Shown: positions 36,991 through 51,010 of the stretch, piece after piece | How positions within the stretch are numbered: position 1 is the stretch's first letter | How the letters are laid out: every line of letters starts with the position of its first letter | Program-made: the position numbers and the translations under genes | DNA from: Squalus acanthias | Lineage: Eukaryota | Assembly (NCBI GenBank): GCA_030390025.1 | Contig: CM059446.1 | Coordinates: 13,888,001-13,952,000, forward strand | Reading direction: 5' to 3' | Length of the DNA stretch: 64,000 nucleotides | The notes under the pieces: model-generated | What the model saw: the letters and a program-made list of their open reading frames with translations, nothing else | Told to the model about the DNA's origin: nothing | Databases searched by the model: none

Positions 36991-39900
36991 CCCAGTTGAG
37001 AGAGAGCTATGGCAGCCTTTTTCCACAAGTGGGAGGATTTCAGTAACAGATTGGTCCACAGGTTTATTCCATTAGCTTTCGAATTTTGTAACAAGTCTCA
37101 TGATTCAGAACCATAATTTTAAAAATGTGAAATAATGTGAACAGGCTTTTGAAGGTTAGAGCTTTTTTTTAAAAAGTCGACTCCAACAAAAGGGATACTG
37201 TCTCTTTAAACTGTTGCTTTACCAAATGTCATAACCAATAATTGGCAGAGACCAAAGATGTACTCACTGCCAGTGCCAACTTGTTTAGTTACATGTCTTG
37301 AATGGATAAATTGAAAATGACACTAAGAGGAATGTGCTGTAAATGCATTTTCTTAATATTAAACCTTTATGCTTTTATTGTATTTATTTTTGTTAACTTT
37401 GATAACTTACAACTTAACAAACCAAAATTAGGTACAGCTGATGCCTATTACAAATGTAAAGACTGTCAGTTTCTATTTCCATCCCTTAATGTTCACTGAG
37501 GAGATTTAATCGGCTGCAATCTGATCTGGAAAAGTTGACATTCGCATTTTCTTTTCCACATGTACTAACACAGCGTAAAGGAAAAGGCGCAGAATCGGTA
37601 CAAGGGTAACCTGTGGATCATAGGCACGTGTGCACACTCTGAAAAAAGTTTGTGTCCCAAGGTTTCGGTATAACTTATCAGGTGCAGCTTTATCCGAATA
37701 CACTCGAGGGGCAGCAGTGCATCTATAACTGGAACGCAAACAGGCCATCTCAGGCCCCTTCTTCATATAATCTGATGCCGGAAAATTGAGAAGCAGCTCA
37801 AAATCCGTGGGAACAGAATGATGAGCTGATACACAATAATAAACCATATTGTGTCGAGCGTACAGTCATCGAGATCCTCTCGGGCCACAAGTATATTACC
37901 TTATACAGACATGGCTGACATACATTTAAACCCCTATACACATTAAGAACCCATTAGTCTGACAGATTAAAAGTTATCTTGAAGCTAATGTTTCCATTAT
38001 GTACAATTTGGCAGTGGAACAATCAACACTTTGTTCCTCATATGTCATACTTTGTTTAAAAAAGGGAGGGTATCTCCACATCCTTGAATGACATTGACAT
38101 GCTCTGCTTTGATGTGGGCATGTGCTGTCTTCAGATTTGCTACTGGTGTCGAATGATTATTCTGCGGTAGTGGTGACGGGAACAGGGAATTTTTTTGTGG
38201 GGGGGGGGGTGGGGAGGAGGGAAGGGAAGAAGAGAAAATCAGTTAAGACACAATTTCCACTCTGAAATATTGCTGCTCTTGAGGTTACTGAGGCCTTCTG
38301 TTTAACTAGAACCTTCAGGAAAAAACAAATTAATCAACAGCACACTGAAGTGGGTTTAATGATTGTATTCTGCATACAATCAGCTTTTCCCATTCCAGAG
38401 CCATCAATATGTCAAGGAAAGACATATCCAAAGGATGTAGCTCTTAACATCAAGGTTATCTGTTCTCCACAAGGCTCTCCCTCCTTACTGCCCTGGTACT
38501 TTACATTGGCTGCATTTAACATTTTCATCAACATGGCAATCAATCATGGTAATAATGCTGTGCAAAAAAAAATCAATTAACAATGCAATTAAACTTTCCT
38601 TATTATCTGAAAGGGCTGAAATAATACCTGTAGGAAAAAGATAGACTCTCAGAGCACAGACATCCATAACCACACGAGAATGAATTATGGGGTTAGGCAG
38701 AGATAGGGCGTGTAGCAGTGTTGTTATTTTAGACTGGATATATCTCACCCAGACTGTTTATCAGTCCGCACGAATACTAGACTTCATAGTTACTGTTCAC
38801 CCTGCAGTCGTTTTAGAAAGATATGGTGAGTTTAACAAACATGTTACATCAAAGTGTGGAAAAGGTTAAACCTGGGTTACCAAAATGAAATAATCAGTTC
38901 AGGCTGTGCTCTATTGTACAGAAAGGAGAACATGTTAATATGCAAAAACAAAAATCGAGACAATTTTGCTTCATTAAACTTAACTAACTGAAGGCAGAAC
39001 CAATTAGTCATCATATTGTTTAGATTTTTGCTTCCTTACAGACTATTTGATATGGCAGCCATCTCCCTGAGACTGTATTGCTAACTTAAATCCAGAACCT
39101 TCAAAGTTAAACTGACATTTGTTCTCTTCCAGTAAAAAATATTTAGTCCATTAAACATAAATACCTGTCATTATGATACATGTACTGAGTACAAGTCTCC
39201 AGTTTTCCTCCAATGTTTATTACATCCAAACAACTGCAGTGCCTGCATGTTTTCAACTTTAGTGTATTGATTAAACTTTTAAATGCCTGCCATATAACCT
39301 AGGGACATCAAAAAGATTAATTTGCGTCAATGTTCATCTGTAATTCATTAGCCATTTATACTCTACAACCACATGGACTATCAAGAAAATGCATGCCATT
39401 TTTCACTGTAGCGATGCTTGGAAGCAAATCTTGGCAGTTCCACTGCATAAAATTAGGACACAGGGGCCTGTCCATTTACAGTACAGTATTATGCATTGCC
39501 AAAGAGCAACTAATTAAAGGAGCAGTAGATACAAAAATCTGAAACAACATTCGTTTCCTATAATGTGCAATAAACAGCAACATCAATTGCTTGTTACTGG
39601 GAGTCGAACAATTTAAGGATTTTTGCAGCCAAGGTAACCAATTAATCTACAATTCTAAATGGGTACTCTCAATATAAAAATGATTTTAGAAGCACGATGA
39701 TATTAATCAGTAACACGTGCTCAGTCTCACGAACAAGGTCTTGTGCAATCTGCTTATTTTATTTAAAGCACAGATTTACTCTTTTGGATAAACAGTAGCA
39801 GTGGGACAAAGCACATTCATTATTTGTTGTAACTAGGTTACTGATCAAAGCCTAAAATTAATTGTCCTTGTAACGTTCAAGTGTGCAGATTATATTCTGT

Positions 39901-40921
39901 AAATAAGGCCCACTGTACGAGAAAACAATTTGCAATGTTACTGTAGCTGTTAGTTTATGGCATGGGTCCTTTAAGAGTGTGTACAACACCACTTTGGAAA
40001 CTAATGTGGCACCATGCTGGCATTTAGGCCCTGTTATATATCAAAACTATCCATTTATATTACTTGCACCAACAAGTCAGGTTGTTGTAAGTAATGCAAC
40101 AATGATTCCAGGTTTCTTTTTTTATTTTATCAACATTTTCATGAAAAATATAGATAGGTATACATTAGAATGAAACTCCTGTTCTTCCAATGCATGGCTT
40201 TTTCCTTTAGGAAAAAAGTGCATGAAAGAAAACATTCTTAATTTTATTCCAAAAAAATGGACACAATTTGCCAAATAAATTAGTATGCATGAAGCCAGTT
40301 TTGTTTTGGGTTATAAATTATTCAAATAGTCACATACATGGAGGCAAATATAATATTTTAGAAACTAGTGTGGCAGGACTGTGTCATAAATACAGAAATA
40401 CCATATTAAGAGTACAGGTCAAATGAAATGCTGCCACATTGTGCAATCTATTACTGCATACACAGCTAGTGAGATCGTGTCATTTGCATCATAAAATGTC
40501 TAAGAAATGGTGGTTAATCAATAAAAGAATCAATATTGACTTACAATTTATTCACAAAAATCTGTAATGGTTGCACACTTTAAACCTATTAATTACTGAA
40601 TATAGTGACTGGCTGACATACTATCCTGAATCCACAGCACTAATAGTGACATATTTTTCATTACAGTCAGTGGCCTCTGGACTTTGAATGACCACAGCAG
40701 TGGCTCTGTCTAAAAGAAGTCTGTAATTACTTTAGGGGCCGTGGTGTCCCCCCACCTCCGCCATTTCATGTAACTGTTAACTCTCATTCTATCAGACAAA
40801 CTGAAAATAATTAAATAAGGCCCAGGTATCAACAATTGTGCATTGAGTATTTTTAATGCAGCATGTGTACTCTCCATTTTCATTTCTGTTATAATGGCCT
40901 ATACACTGAACTCACTTCACA

Positions 40922-41728
40922 GGGCTGGATTTTGTCAATGGGGGCGCGTAGGGGGCGGGACTGCTGGTTTGGGGGTTTTAGTCCCGCCCCCAACGACATC
41001 CGGCCAACCCACGCTATTTTCCCTTGATTGACCTTGTTAAGCCCGCCCTGCGGGCTTAGCCGGCCAATTAAGGGAAAGCCGGTGACAGAGGACGTCAGCG
41101 TATGACGTTTCATCTGTCAAAAATTTTTGACAGATGAATTGTCAGCATTTGACAGTTTTGAGAAGCTGTCAAACACTGACAATCTCTGTTCTAAGGTGAG
41201 CCCTTGTACTGAAGACTCACCAAACCTCTTTCCTCAGCAGAAATCAGATGGCTGCTGCATCTGAGAATGCAGCAGCCATTCTGTCATCTCTGCCGTTGAG
41301 ATGAGGCACCTCCGTATCCCCAAGGGTTGAAGCCTGCAGGAAGAAACAAAGGTAAGGAAACTTTTTCTAACACTTTACACTCACCTCTCATACTTACCTC
41401 TCCATACTTGCACCCATCACTCACCTCCACAGTGGAATTTCGACCCCTCTCACCCCTGCAGACCCACTGCTCGCCTCGCTGACCCTGGCGAGGTTCGCAG
41501 CCGTCGGGGAGCCCGCACTTGCAGGGGTAAAATAGGGATAATCCTCTTAACTGCCTGTTAACTACATGTTAACAGGCAGTTAAATGGCTGTAATCCCCTT
41601 CCCGCCTCGAGGAAACGGGTCCCGGGAAGATGGCATGGAGGTGGGTTGGGAGCGGGTTCGGTACCCGCTCCCAGTTTTTGCCATTTTCCCGGCAGTCCCG
41701 CCTCCCCAGGGCTGGGAAAAATCCCCCC
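40922..41728. mobile_element. Harbinger-like MITE, family copy 2
   Basis: gggctggatttt ... aaaaatcccccc termini; homologous to 3366-4211 and, inverted, to 58968-59677. Confidence 0.8.
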
Positions 41729-43659
41729 ATAGTTTCTGAAAACATGTGAAATGCAGGAGTAAAATTGATTGTTGCTTCAAGATGTATTAATTGGTTTGAA
41801 TTAACTTTTCCTTTTTCCTGTTTGAATGGATCCTCGTGGATGTCAGCTGTTCAAGATGGTTAGCAGATTCAGAGGTTAAATTGTGGGTACAGGGGATCTA
41901 CAATGTATTTTATGAGTGAGAAAGATCTTATACGATTTAAGTTAATAAGTCACATGTGAGTCATTAAAAGAATGCTCCAGCTAAAATGTGCACAACTCTA
42001 TTTGTAATCCTTTCTCTATTCCATGGAACTTCCTCCTGCAAAATAAAAATTACACGTAATCTTCCTAGAACCCTGTATTATTTTATTTTCTGCTGTTTAA
42101 TAGGCTTCTGTGTAGCTGGATGAATATAACTTCTGTGCTCGATGGCAGAGCACTACATCACTCTGCAATGGCACTCAATGACAAAGGAGTGCTCAACACT
42201 CCTCCAAACTCAGCTTTGAAGCAAATGCTGACAAAATATTATAAGGGAATATAGCACTCCCCTTAGGCAATATTTTTACACTCTCCCCTCTCCCAAATGT
42301 TAAAACAATACTGATTTTTGAACTGGTCTTATACTCCTCACAAAAATTGTCTTAGTGAGTGCTGAAGTCAGGACATGTTAGGCCTGATACCCAACAATGC
42401 AACATCAGGTACCATTTCCAGATACTGGAACACAGCACTCGCAAAATAAGCACGGGATGCTGCCTTCACATTTGGGATAATCCTCTGAGAAGTATAATGA
42501 AAACTGGCTAATTTAAAACTAAGTGCAATCTAATTGGGGAGACTCGGAAGTTTGCGTTGTGTGGGTCTTGCTTGAAGAAATCCTTTAAAGTGTCACACAT
42601 CACTATACTAAGGATATTATTTTCAATGTAAAAAGTTTATAACTGGGCACAAATGAGATCAATGGTGGAGGTCTACTACACAAGTGTCTGGATAAGATGA
42701 AGTGATCACTAGAGTGCTAAAAACCCCTAAATGTAGTTCAAATTCCTTACTGGAATGAGATTCCATACCCAGTTCACTGATCTCTGAATATTATTTAAAA
42801 ATTAATTATGGTTTCAAAATCAGTTCAGATGAAATGCACATTCTCTATTCTAATGATATTTGTCATAGCAGCTCCTGAGGGCAGGATGCATCTATGGAGA
42901 GAACACAGCACCGATTTGGAAAGCAATGTTCTTGGTGAACAAACTGAGGGGTGGGGTGGGGTGGGGTGGGTTACACTGCTGCGCTGGACAAATGCTGTCT
43001 TGATAGTAAGCTCAGAAGGAAGTGTATTTTTCAATGTGTAGAACAAAAAATGTTACGTGTAATATTCCCCCAAAAATCTCACTTGACAGACAACAAAATA
43101 AGAACAAGGAGTACTTTTTTAAAAAAGTTTGAAGATCAGGTGATAATACTGCTGCAAACCTTCGCTCTGATTTTCGTCAACACCAGTTACGTGTTGAAAG
43201 AAATCTCACATTTCTTAAATAATAGGAACAGTTTAAAGAGCAACCCCCCTAATGCCCACCTCAAGGCCGCAAAAGTCATCTTCGAAGCTTCCACTGAGGC
43301 TGCACAATTCACGTAGTCTTAGATCTCTAATGGGAGCATGAGTTTGAGAAGGAACAGATCGTTAAATATCATTCATCAACTGGGGAGGGGGAGCTTGCAT
43401 CAAGGCTGGACTGTGAAGATTACACACTAAATAGGACCTTTTAAATAGGACAATTGTTACTGTCAGATTTAAATTCACCATGAATTATTTTCTGATCCAC
43501 ATGTTTTTATTTTTCTGGCTCAATAGTAGCACATACATAGCAGAGGAAACAATATATTACATATTTAATATCCATGGGAAAGATTCAGTAACACTCACTA
43601 TCAACCCCTTGCAGAGTCCCAAGGCTTTAGGAAAGGCAGTAAAAGGAAGATTTGTGCAT

Positions 43660-45195
43660 TCTGATTTTAAACTTGTCCTTAAAACGCATATTATCTATTT
43701 TCTGTTGGCAACCCACTAAAAAGTATTTGTTCCCAAAAGAATTGTAGCCTAGAACATTCATGAGATGAAGCAAATACTTTTTGGACCAAAAATATGTTTA
43801 GAACATTGCAAATTGATTTGGTTACCATCTGAAATGATTTCACTGGGGAACAGCAGTTCAGAGGTTACCAGATGAATAACTGCACTAAAAGAACACTATT
43901 TTACACTACATCTGGTACTTGTACCAAGTAAGGATGAGCAAGATCAGACTGCCAGATTAAGAACATCAGAAACCTCTGGACAAGGAAAGCCCTGTCTGAA
44001 CTAAATAACCTGTTTTTAGCTGCATTCTCCAATCCTCTCTACAAACTTTTACAAACTCTGTCTCACTCTCAGACAGATGTAACGGGTACGTGAATTGAAT
44101 TGTGGAAACCGCAATATGGTTCCATGTAGCAAACTGTCTGCACCACTGTACAGAGTGAGAGTGCAGGTCTGTTAGGATTGTGTAACTGAAGGCCTCAACA
44201 CACATGCATAGTAACAGCAGTGGTTTGTATTAAGCTACAGTTAAAAGTGTATTATGAAACTAGTCCTTAAAACGCACATTCGCAATCTCTGTGGTGAGAA
44301 GTTTGCCTTTTTTGACGTTCAATTGATTTCAGCGCTCTGTAATAAGAACTCTCAGTGAAGAGCTACAATGACGTCAACAAGCTGTCTAAGCAGCCAATCA
44401 CATTGCAGAATTCTCACAGATAGGAAACAAGAAGCTGCTTTTATCCGGACTTTCTAAAAATGTTACAGAGAGCAAAATAAAGATTTAGACTCTAACATGG
44501 GAATAAGGTAGAAGCTGAAATATCATGAATGAACTTTAAAAGTTGTATAAAAATTGTAAATTTTATCATAATGGAGAAATTTGACACTCCACAAATATAA
44601 AAAATAGTTTTTCAGGGCCAGAATGTTTGTTTAGCAGTCAATACGCTGTTAAAACCCCAGTTACACCTATTCCAACAAGGCTTAACATTCATTGGGGTAT
44701 TTAACAGCGATATTACTGTGGAAAAGCCCAAGTTTTCGTCAGTTTCACTGATTGCCGGTTATGGGGTCGGGGGGTCCACAGCGCAGCCAGTGTCGGAGCA
44801 GTGAATGACTGACCGCAACTTCGGGATTTCCGCGTTTAGATGCACATGCGCTAAAGACTGATGCTGCAATCAGTTTCAGAGGGGTAATGACGGCAAACGC
44901 TGGTAATTCAGCGTCATTACCCATCGCAAATTCCGGGCTATTATCTATTTTCTATTGGTAACCCACTAAAATGCATTTGTTTCCAAAAGAATTGTAGCCT
45001 TGAACATACATGAGATAAAACAATTACTTTTTGTATTAGAACATTGCAAATTGATTTGGTTACCTTCTGAAATGATTACACTGGGAAACAGCAGTTCAGA
45101 GGTTACCAGATGAATAACTACACTAAAAGAACATTATTTTACACTATATATGGTGCTTGTACCAAGTGAGGATGAGCAACATCAAACCGCCAAAT
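43660..45195. repeat. Local direct duplication of about 290 bp (43660-43955 vs 44255-44280 plus 44939-45195)
   Basis: gtccttaaaacgca.attatctattttct.ttgg.aacccactaaaa...cagcagttcagaggttaccagatgaataact...ggatgagcaa occurs twice; the second copy is split by an insertion. Confidence 0.9.
44281..44938. mobile_element. About 660-bp insertion, probably a left-truncated TIR element
   Basis: Absent from the paralogous copy at about 43690; right end cgcaaattccgggc resembles the GGG/GCC-type MITE termini; CpG-richer than its flanks. Confidence 0.65.
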
Positions 45196-46122
45196 AGCTA
45201 CCCAGATTTACCTTTTATTTCTTTCTCTTCAAACCATCCCACCACCACCAATCCATTGGTTACAAAACATTAGACTAAGGTGTAGTGAGATACGAGATTG
45301 TACCCATAATTCAGCATACCCCCAACCTTTCAATCTCAACCATGCTGCTGTGGGGAAGTGAGGACTGGAAAGTGCTATTCCACAGAAAGGATAAAAGAAA
45401 CAGAAACTGGAGAAACCATCACCCCCCGATCCACTTTTGCAGCTTAAGCCAGCTATACAGCATCACTGGCAGAAGCCTGAGCAGGGTCTTGGCCAGGGAA
45501 GGTCCAGAACATGGGAGAAAGAGCAAAATAATTAGAAAGTTACAATTTTTAATTTCTCCTTCTTTATGCACAGCATTAGTCCCCAGCCATTGGCACCATT
45601 AACAAATTGCCAACTCCTCCGTAGCTGCCAGTTCCAATGCTAATCAACGAACACCTCACCATTATAGGCACAGGTAAATACAGTACAATGTTGCATGTAA
45701 ATGTAAATGTAAATACGTAACTGAGAGCCAAAAACCACAGGCGAGCACATTTAAGTGTCTATTATCTGTTGGTGATCAAACACAAAAGCACGCTACAGTG
45801 ATATGAAACAGGTGTCAAGTTTTACACAGTTCAGTCAGTCTCCCATCTTTTCTCAAAACTGGAAGGGTTAGAACTTTGGGTGCAGCAGGGGGAATGTTCT
45901 TCTCTGGAAAACTGTCATATCTAACTTCAAAATGCAAAAAATGAAAAATCACAACATTTGAAGCTGTCAAACATATAATAATTTAAAACTAGCACTGACA
46001 AGGTTGGTGGGAAAGGGGTGGGGAGGGAAAATTCCTTGTTTAAGGTGACTTGATATTCTAGTTCAACAGAAGCAGTTCTAATTTTGACTCACCTATCTCA
46101 AAGTCTGAAGAGAAATTTCAGC

Positions 46123-46397
46123 CAGGGCTGCCAACCCTCCAGGATTGCCCTGGAGTCTCTCCAGGGCTTAAAAATTTAAATCCTGAACAATGCCGTGAGC
46201 AAACCGGGAGAAACAGCATCGGGACATTAAAATAAACTGCATTTTTTATTTTTATTTTCTTTGAACACTTTCGTTTATTAGTTATAACATTTTTGGAGAT
46301 GGATAAAAAGGCTGTTTTGACTGGGTGGGGCTGTTGGAGGCAAGAGATCATGTGATGAAACCTCCAGGAATAAGTCCAACCAGATTTGGCGACCCTA
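46123..46397. mobile_element. hAT-type MITE (short form of the 35407 family)
   Basis: cagggctgccaa ... ttggcgacccta TIRs. Confidence 0.85.
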
Positions 46398-48469
46398 CTT
46401 TCCGGGTGGCTAAATCATAGGTTTTTCCCCCTCATTTCTATTATAATTTTTATTAATTACACACCTGTAAATATGCAAAATTGTCTATAATGGGCCATAT
46501 AAAGGGGCAGAATCATTTTCTAATTTCTCCTTTGCTGGGATAATTGTATCCAGTTTGAAACAGGCATCAGTGGACCAGCGTTGTGATGATGTCATTGCCA
46601 CCGAGACTAGAAATTCATCTTTTTTAAAAAATGAAAACTGAGATTTTTTTTTTTAAATCTCAAAGTTTCTGCTGCAGCAGGTAAGTCATTTGCCGCAGCA
46701 CAAATTCATTATGCTGGTCAAAAAACTGGTGATGAGGCAGCACAGTCTGCAGAGTTGGCTGCTTTCTGGCTCTCCCAATTTTACAGATTGTAAACCCGGT
46801 CAACGTACGTGCCCTCATCAGCGCCACCCATAGCCCCTTTCTGCGAGAGCTTGAAGCCTATTTTGTGTACATCTGACAAAGCAATGGAAAAAAAAAAAAA
46901 TTCAACAACAAAACAAGCCAGGTTTTACATAAATTTGAAAAAAAAGAGAAATCATCGCAAACAAAATAAACAGCAATACGGGGCAAAGGGTCCTGCTGGA
47001 CCGATCAACCAACATGAAAAGATTCGACAATGCATGCCAAAGAAAGTATGCTCATCTGATAGAAATTTAGAAAGAAAGGATGCCAGAAGCCAGGAGAGAC
47101 ACCGAGGAGAGATTTGAGGAGCTGATTGCTGCCACAGTTGTCATTCATGTCAGTGGGAAGATGCCAAATTTGAAATAAAAATGGTGTCAGCTGAATAGCA
47201 GAATCTGTTTACCATGTGTTTTCAGTCAAGAAATATTATAGATGAAATTTTGGGCAAATATAAAAAGTAATATAGGTCAACTCCAGGGGATTAGACACAC
47301 GGTTTTTATAAATTAAAAAAAAACCAACAGGAGCTACTTAAGGGTTCTAACTACACTGCATGACAGTTGTTACAAAACAATAACATATACTTTCCTTGCC
47401 AATTTACCAACACAGAAAGTGATTTTGAGTACAAATTTGCATTGAAGTGTTAGATTATTCCTAATCTGAAAAAGCTTCTAAGGCCTTGAGATTAATATAT
47501 TTATTCCTGTCCACCTCAAACTATCAGATACCCAACCATTTTATGAATGCAGTAAAGGTGCTTTTACATTAATGCAGCACCACAGGCTGTTGGTATACGG
47601 GTCCCATGCAGTCGATGGCACCAGCAAATATGAACCTACTGGCCCCCATTCCATTGACTGCTGCCACCAGTGCTCCAGTCTCCCACGATGACCTTGGAAA
47701 CATGCTGAGCTGGTTCAGCACATCAGCATGTCTGCATTGTGACATTAAGTTGTGTTTTGACCTGAGCATGTATGACACACTGGGATAACTCAGCATCTGT
47801 TCCCCATCTGCACTCTGATTTTTTTTTTAAAGGTTGAAGAAGAATCAAATTGTTGATGCTCTTCTGTACTTCTACTCTCCTGCAGGTTTGTTGAAGAAGG
47901 CTACTTTGGCCCAGTGAGTCTTCCTTGTGTAAACTGTACTCCAGTGGTCTACAGGAGAGCAGAGGTACAGGCTACTGAACGCCTGGGAGAGAACAGCACA
48001 GAGAACAGCTTGGTATCACTCGTCCAAAACTTGGGGCAGGTATAAAAGCCCCATAATTGACTCAAAGGTATTCATTTATCTACAGTTTTAGCACCGTGAT
48101 GACTAGATGCATCAGGTGACAGTGAGTGATAAAATGAATACTTAACAAAAAACGCAAACATAAAACTTGTGTTGTTTATGAAAAAAAATTGTCAGTGTTC
48201 CATGCCTTTTAGTTTTAAAGGTCAGGTGCCAAGATGTAAATTGTTCTGAGGAACAACAATATCAGCTTGGCCATCTAATAAATGGCAATAGCCAGGATAT
48301 ATCAAATTCAGATGTTCCCTATTGGTATCAGCACATTTTAAATTGGTTCAAATTAGTTTGCAGGTTGCTAATCCTGGATCTGTGCCTAAAGCACGCAATG
48401 CCCTTATTTTCTCCTCCGGTTAATGCGAGCATTTTTCTTCCTTTCGTTTCACCTCTTGCCACCAGTTCA

Positions 48470-49545
48470 TGCTGGCACTCTTTCTCCCCGATCATCCATG
48501 TACGCCTGGCTTCTTCCCTCTCTCCATTACAAAAGTGTCACTTCCTTCTTCTCTCCTCCATCCCAAACGTACTCTCCCAACTTCTCCACACCGCCCTAAA
48601 GTTTATCCCAGCTTCTTCCATCCCCTCCCACCTGCAGAAGTGCTCTTCAGATTTCTTTCTTTTCTCCCCAAAAACTCCGCTCCTGGCTTCTTCCTTGCCC
48701 CAAATTTCGCTACTGGATTTTTCCCTCTCTCTCCCCTCCCTTAACTCCATCCTTCTCCCTTGCTGCTTGCTCAGAATAAACCAGACCGTGTACAAACTCA
48801 ATGAGAGCAATTTTAATTTAACCCGCCCGTCGGGAAACTGACAGGAGAGAAATGGAGTCAATGGAGAGTAATATTGGGCAGGGTGCAACACCGGCCTTCC
48901 ACCCGATCCCTTGGGTTTCCCGCCCGGGGAGTTAGGTTAAAATTAACCCCTATGTCTTCTTTGACTATGAGCTGAGCTTTAAATCTTATACATCACCAAG
49001 ACCACTTAATTCCAGCTCCACAACTCCCGTCTAGTCCTTACCTCACCCCACTACACTGACATCCTTATCTACATTTCTGTTACCTCCAGACTAAATGCTT
49101 TCTCCTGAGCGGCGACCTTTGAAAAATTCCAATTTATCCAAAACCTCCACTGACCGCATCCTATCGGACTCACCCATCACCCCATCTTCAATAACTTCAC
49201 TGGCTCCCCTTTCCCCACATGGTAAATTCAGAATCTTGTCCTCGGTTACAAACCCTTTCACAGCCTCACACCACCCTACCTCTGCAATTTCCTCCAAACT
49301 ACATCACAGCCCATGTCCTTTAGTCTTCTGATTGTGGCCTTCTGTGTCGCTCCCTTCCCTCCACTTCAACCATCTCAGCTTGATTTTCTACAACTCGCTC
49401 TGCCTTGCTACGTCTATCCCTGACTTTAGGAGCTCCTCAAAGGCTTTCTGTCATCTCCTTTAACTCTTCCATTACTGCTTTGTGTACGTTCCTCCTCTGT
49501 GAAGCACCTTGTGACATTTACTACTTTAAAGTTGCTATATAAATG
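48470..49545 (+). mobile_element. Old L2 remnant interrupted by a MITE
   Basis: Pyrimidine-rich; ends ctgtgaagcaccttgtgacatttactactttaaagttgctatataaatg (L2 tail). Confidence 0.6.
48803..48950. mobile_element. About 150-bp MITE
   Basis: gagagcaattttaatttaacccgcccgtcgggaaac versus gtttcccgcccggggagttaggttaaaattaacccc: imperfect TIRs of about 36 bp. Confidence 0.7.
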
Positions 49546-50814
49546 AAAAACTCAGTCTAACTATGTGACAGAGGAGCTTGCACCTCACCTACAAAGGTGG
49601 GCAAGAAAATCTCAACCAGATTTGTGCTTTTATTTTTCTAACTAACACACTTTGTTATTTTAATATACTTTAAAATGGTCAATGTAATTGCCAGGTGCTG
49701 CATGCTTAATTATAGGTAATCTGCTACTATCTATAGAATGATCACAATTCTTGTGATTAAATGTCCAATAAAACACCTTCCCTCTGACCTCTAACTCTAA
49801 GCACCAAAGAGACGCTGAGTTGCAAATTTGCAAAGTCTGGGTAATTGTTCTTTATAAGGAATGAATCAGCAAAAAAAAAACTTGAGGGACCCTCCGAGGG
49901 AGTCTCAAAATTGCAAGACACTGATGAAGCCTAATATGAGATTGTTCAAATTAGGTTGGAGATTAAGTACTAGTGGGGATCTCTTGATATCAAAGCTAAT
50001 CAGATATGTGCTTACTGTTTAATGAAAGTACTTTTTTCTACCGAGTGTGCTGCATGTAGAAAATAAAAGCAACAAGGCATCAGATTAGTTTTAGCTATCT
50101 CTGCGTAGGACTATTAAAGTGAAAGATTACTGCATTCTGTAACATGCTCTCGACTTTATAAATTCCTATGAAATGAGAAAAGGTTATTGATAGCATGTGC
50201 AATCCTGGGAGTTTCCCTTCTGAAATAAAATACATAAAAAGGAAATTTAATTCTTAAGGAAATAAATTGACGGGAAGCAGGAGATCACACTGAGGAGCTA
50301 ATTTAAGTGGCAATGAAATTAATTTTGCTGACATTTATTCAATCTGGTAGAAAGTGGGACAAGGCATACAGTCGCTCTGTTACCTTGAGATAAGAGAACA
50401 GTAATTTAAGTTGTAGAAGTGGCTCCAATCACAGATTTAATCCTAGCCATGGTACATGGCCCCATGTGACCCATCACAGGGGATTTCATACGTAACTGAC
50501 AAATATTAGTGACAACCTGGATTTTAGATAATAGTCTTTGTTTTAGAAAACATCGAAAGAAAATATTAATAGATATAGACAAAATCATTTACAATGGACA
50601 CATCGTTATCACTGTATAAATTGTCTGGCAGTATCTTATAGCTGTATAGATAAGTCTGGTTCTCAACTAGAAAATCTACACGTTCAGCAACAGAGCAGCT
50701 AGACTTATCTTTTTTGCATACAATGAGTTTCAGAGGGAGTACCTTTAGTTGTATTTTTTAAGTAACATTTAATAAATGCTCTATAAAATGTTTAAAGAAT
50801 TTTAAATGCCGCTT

Positions 50815-51010
50815 GATATGAGATATATATTTATACATATATAGGTGTATGTATATATTGTATATATGTAGATATATAGATACATATATACAGATATAGG
50901 TATATAGATATACAGATGTAGGTATATAGATATACAGATATAGGGATATAGATATACAGATGTAGGTATATAGATATACAGATATAGGTATATTATATAA
51001 ATAATATAGA
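50815..51010. repeat. Compound (TA/TAGA/TACA) low-complexity repeat
   Basis: Directly visible. Confidence 0.9.

Noticed and set aside
37506-37847. 113-aa minus-strand ORF
   Set aside because: No recognisable domain or splice context; length is within chance range.
47886-47963. Possible exon after ctctcctgcag
   Set aside because: Ambiguous donor, unrecognised peptide, no partner exons.
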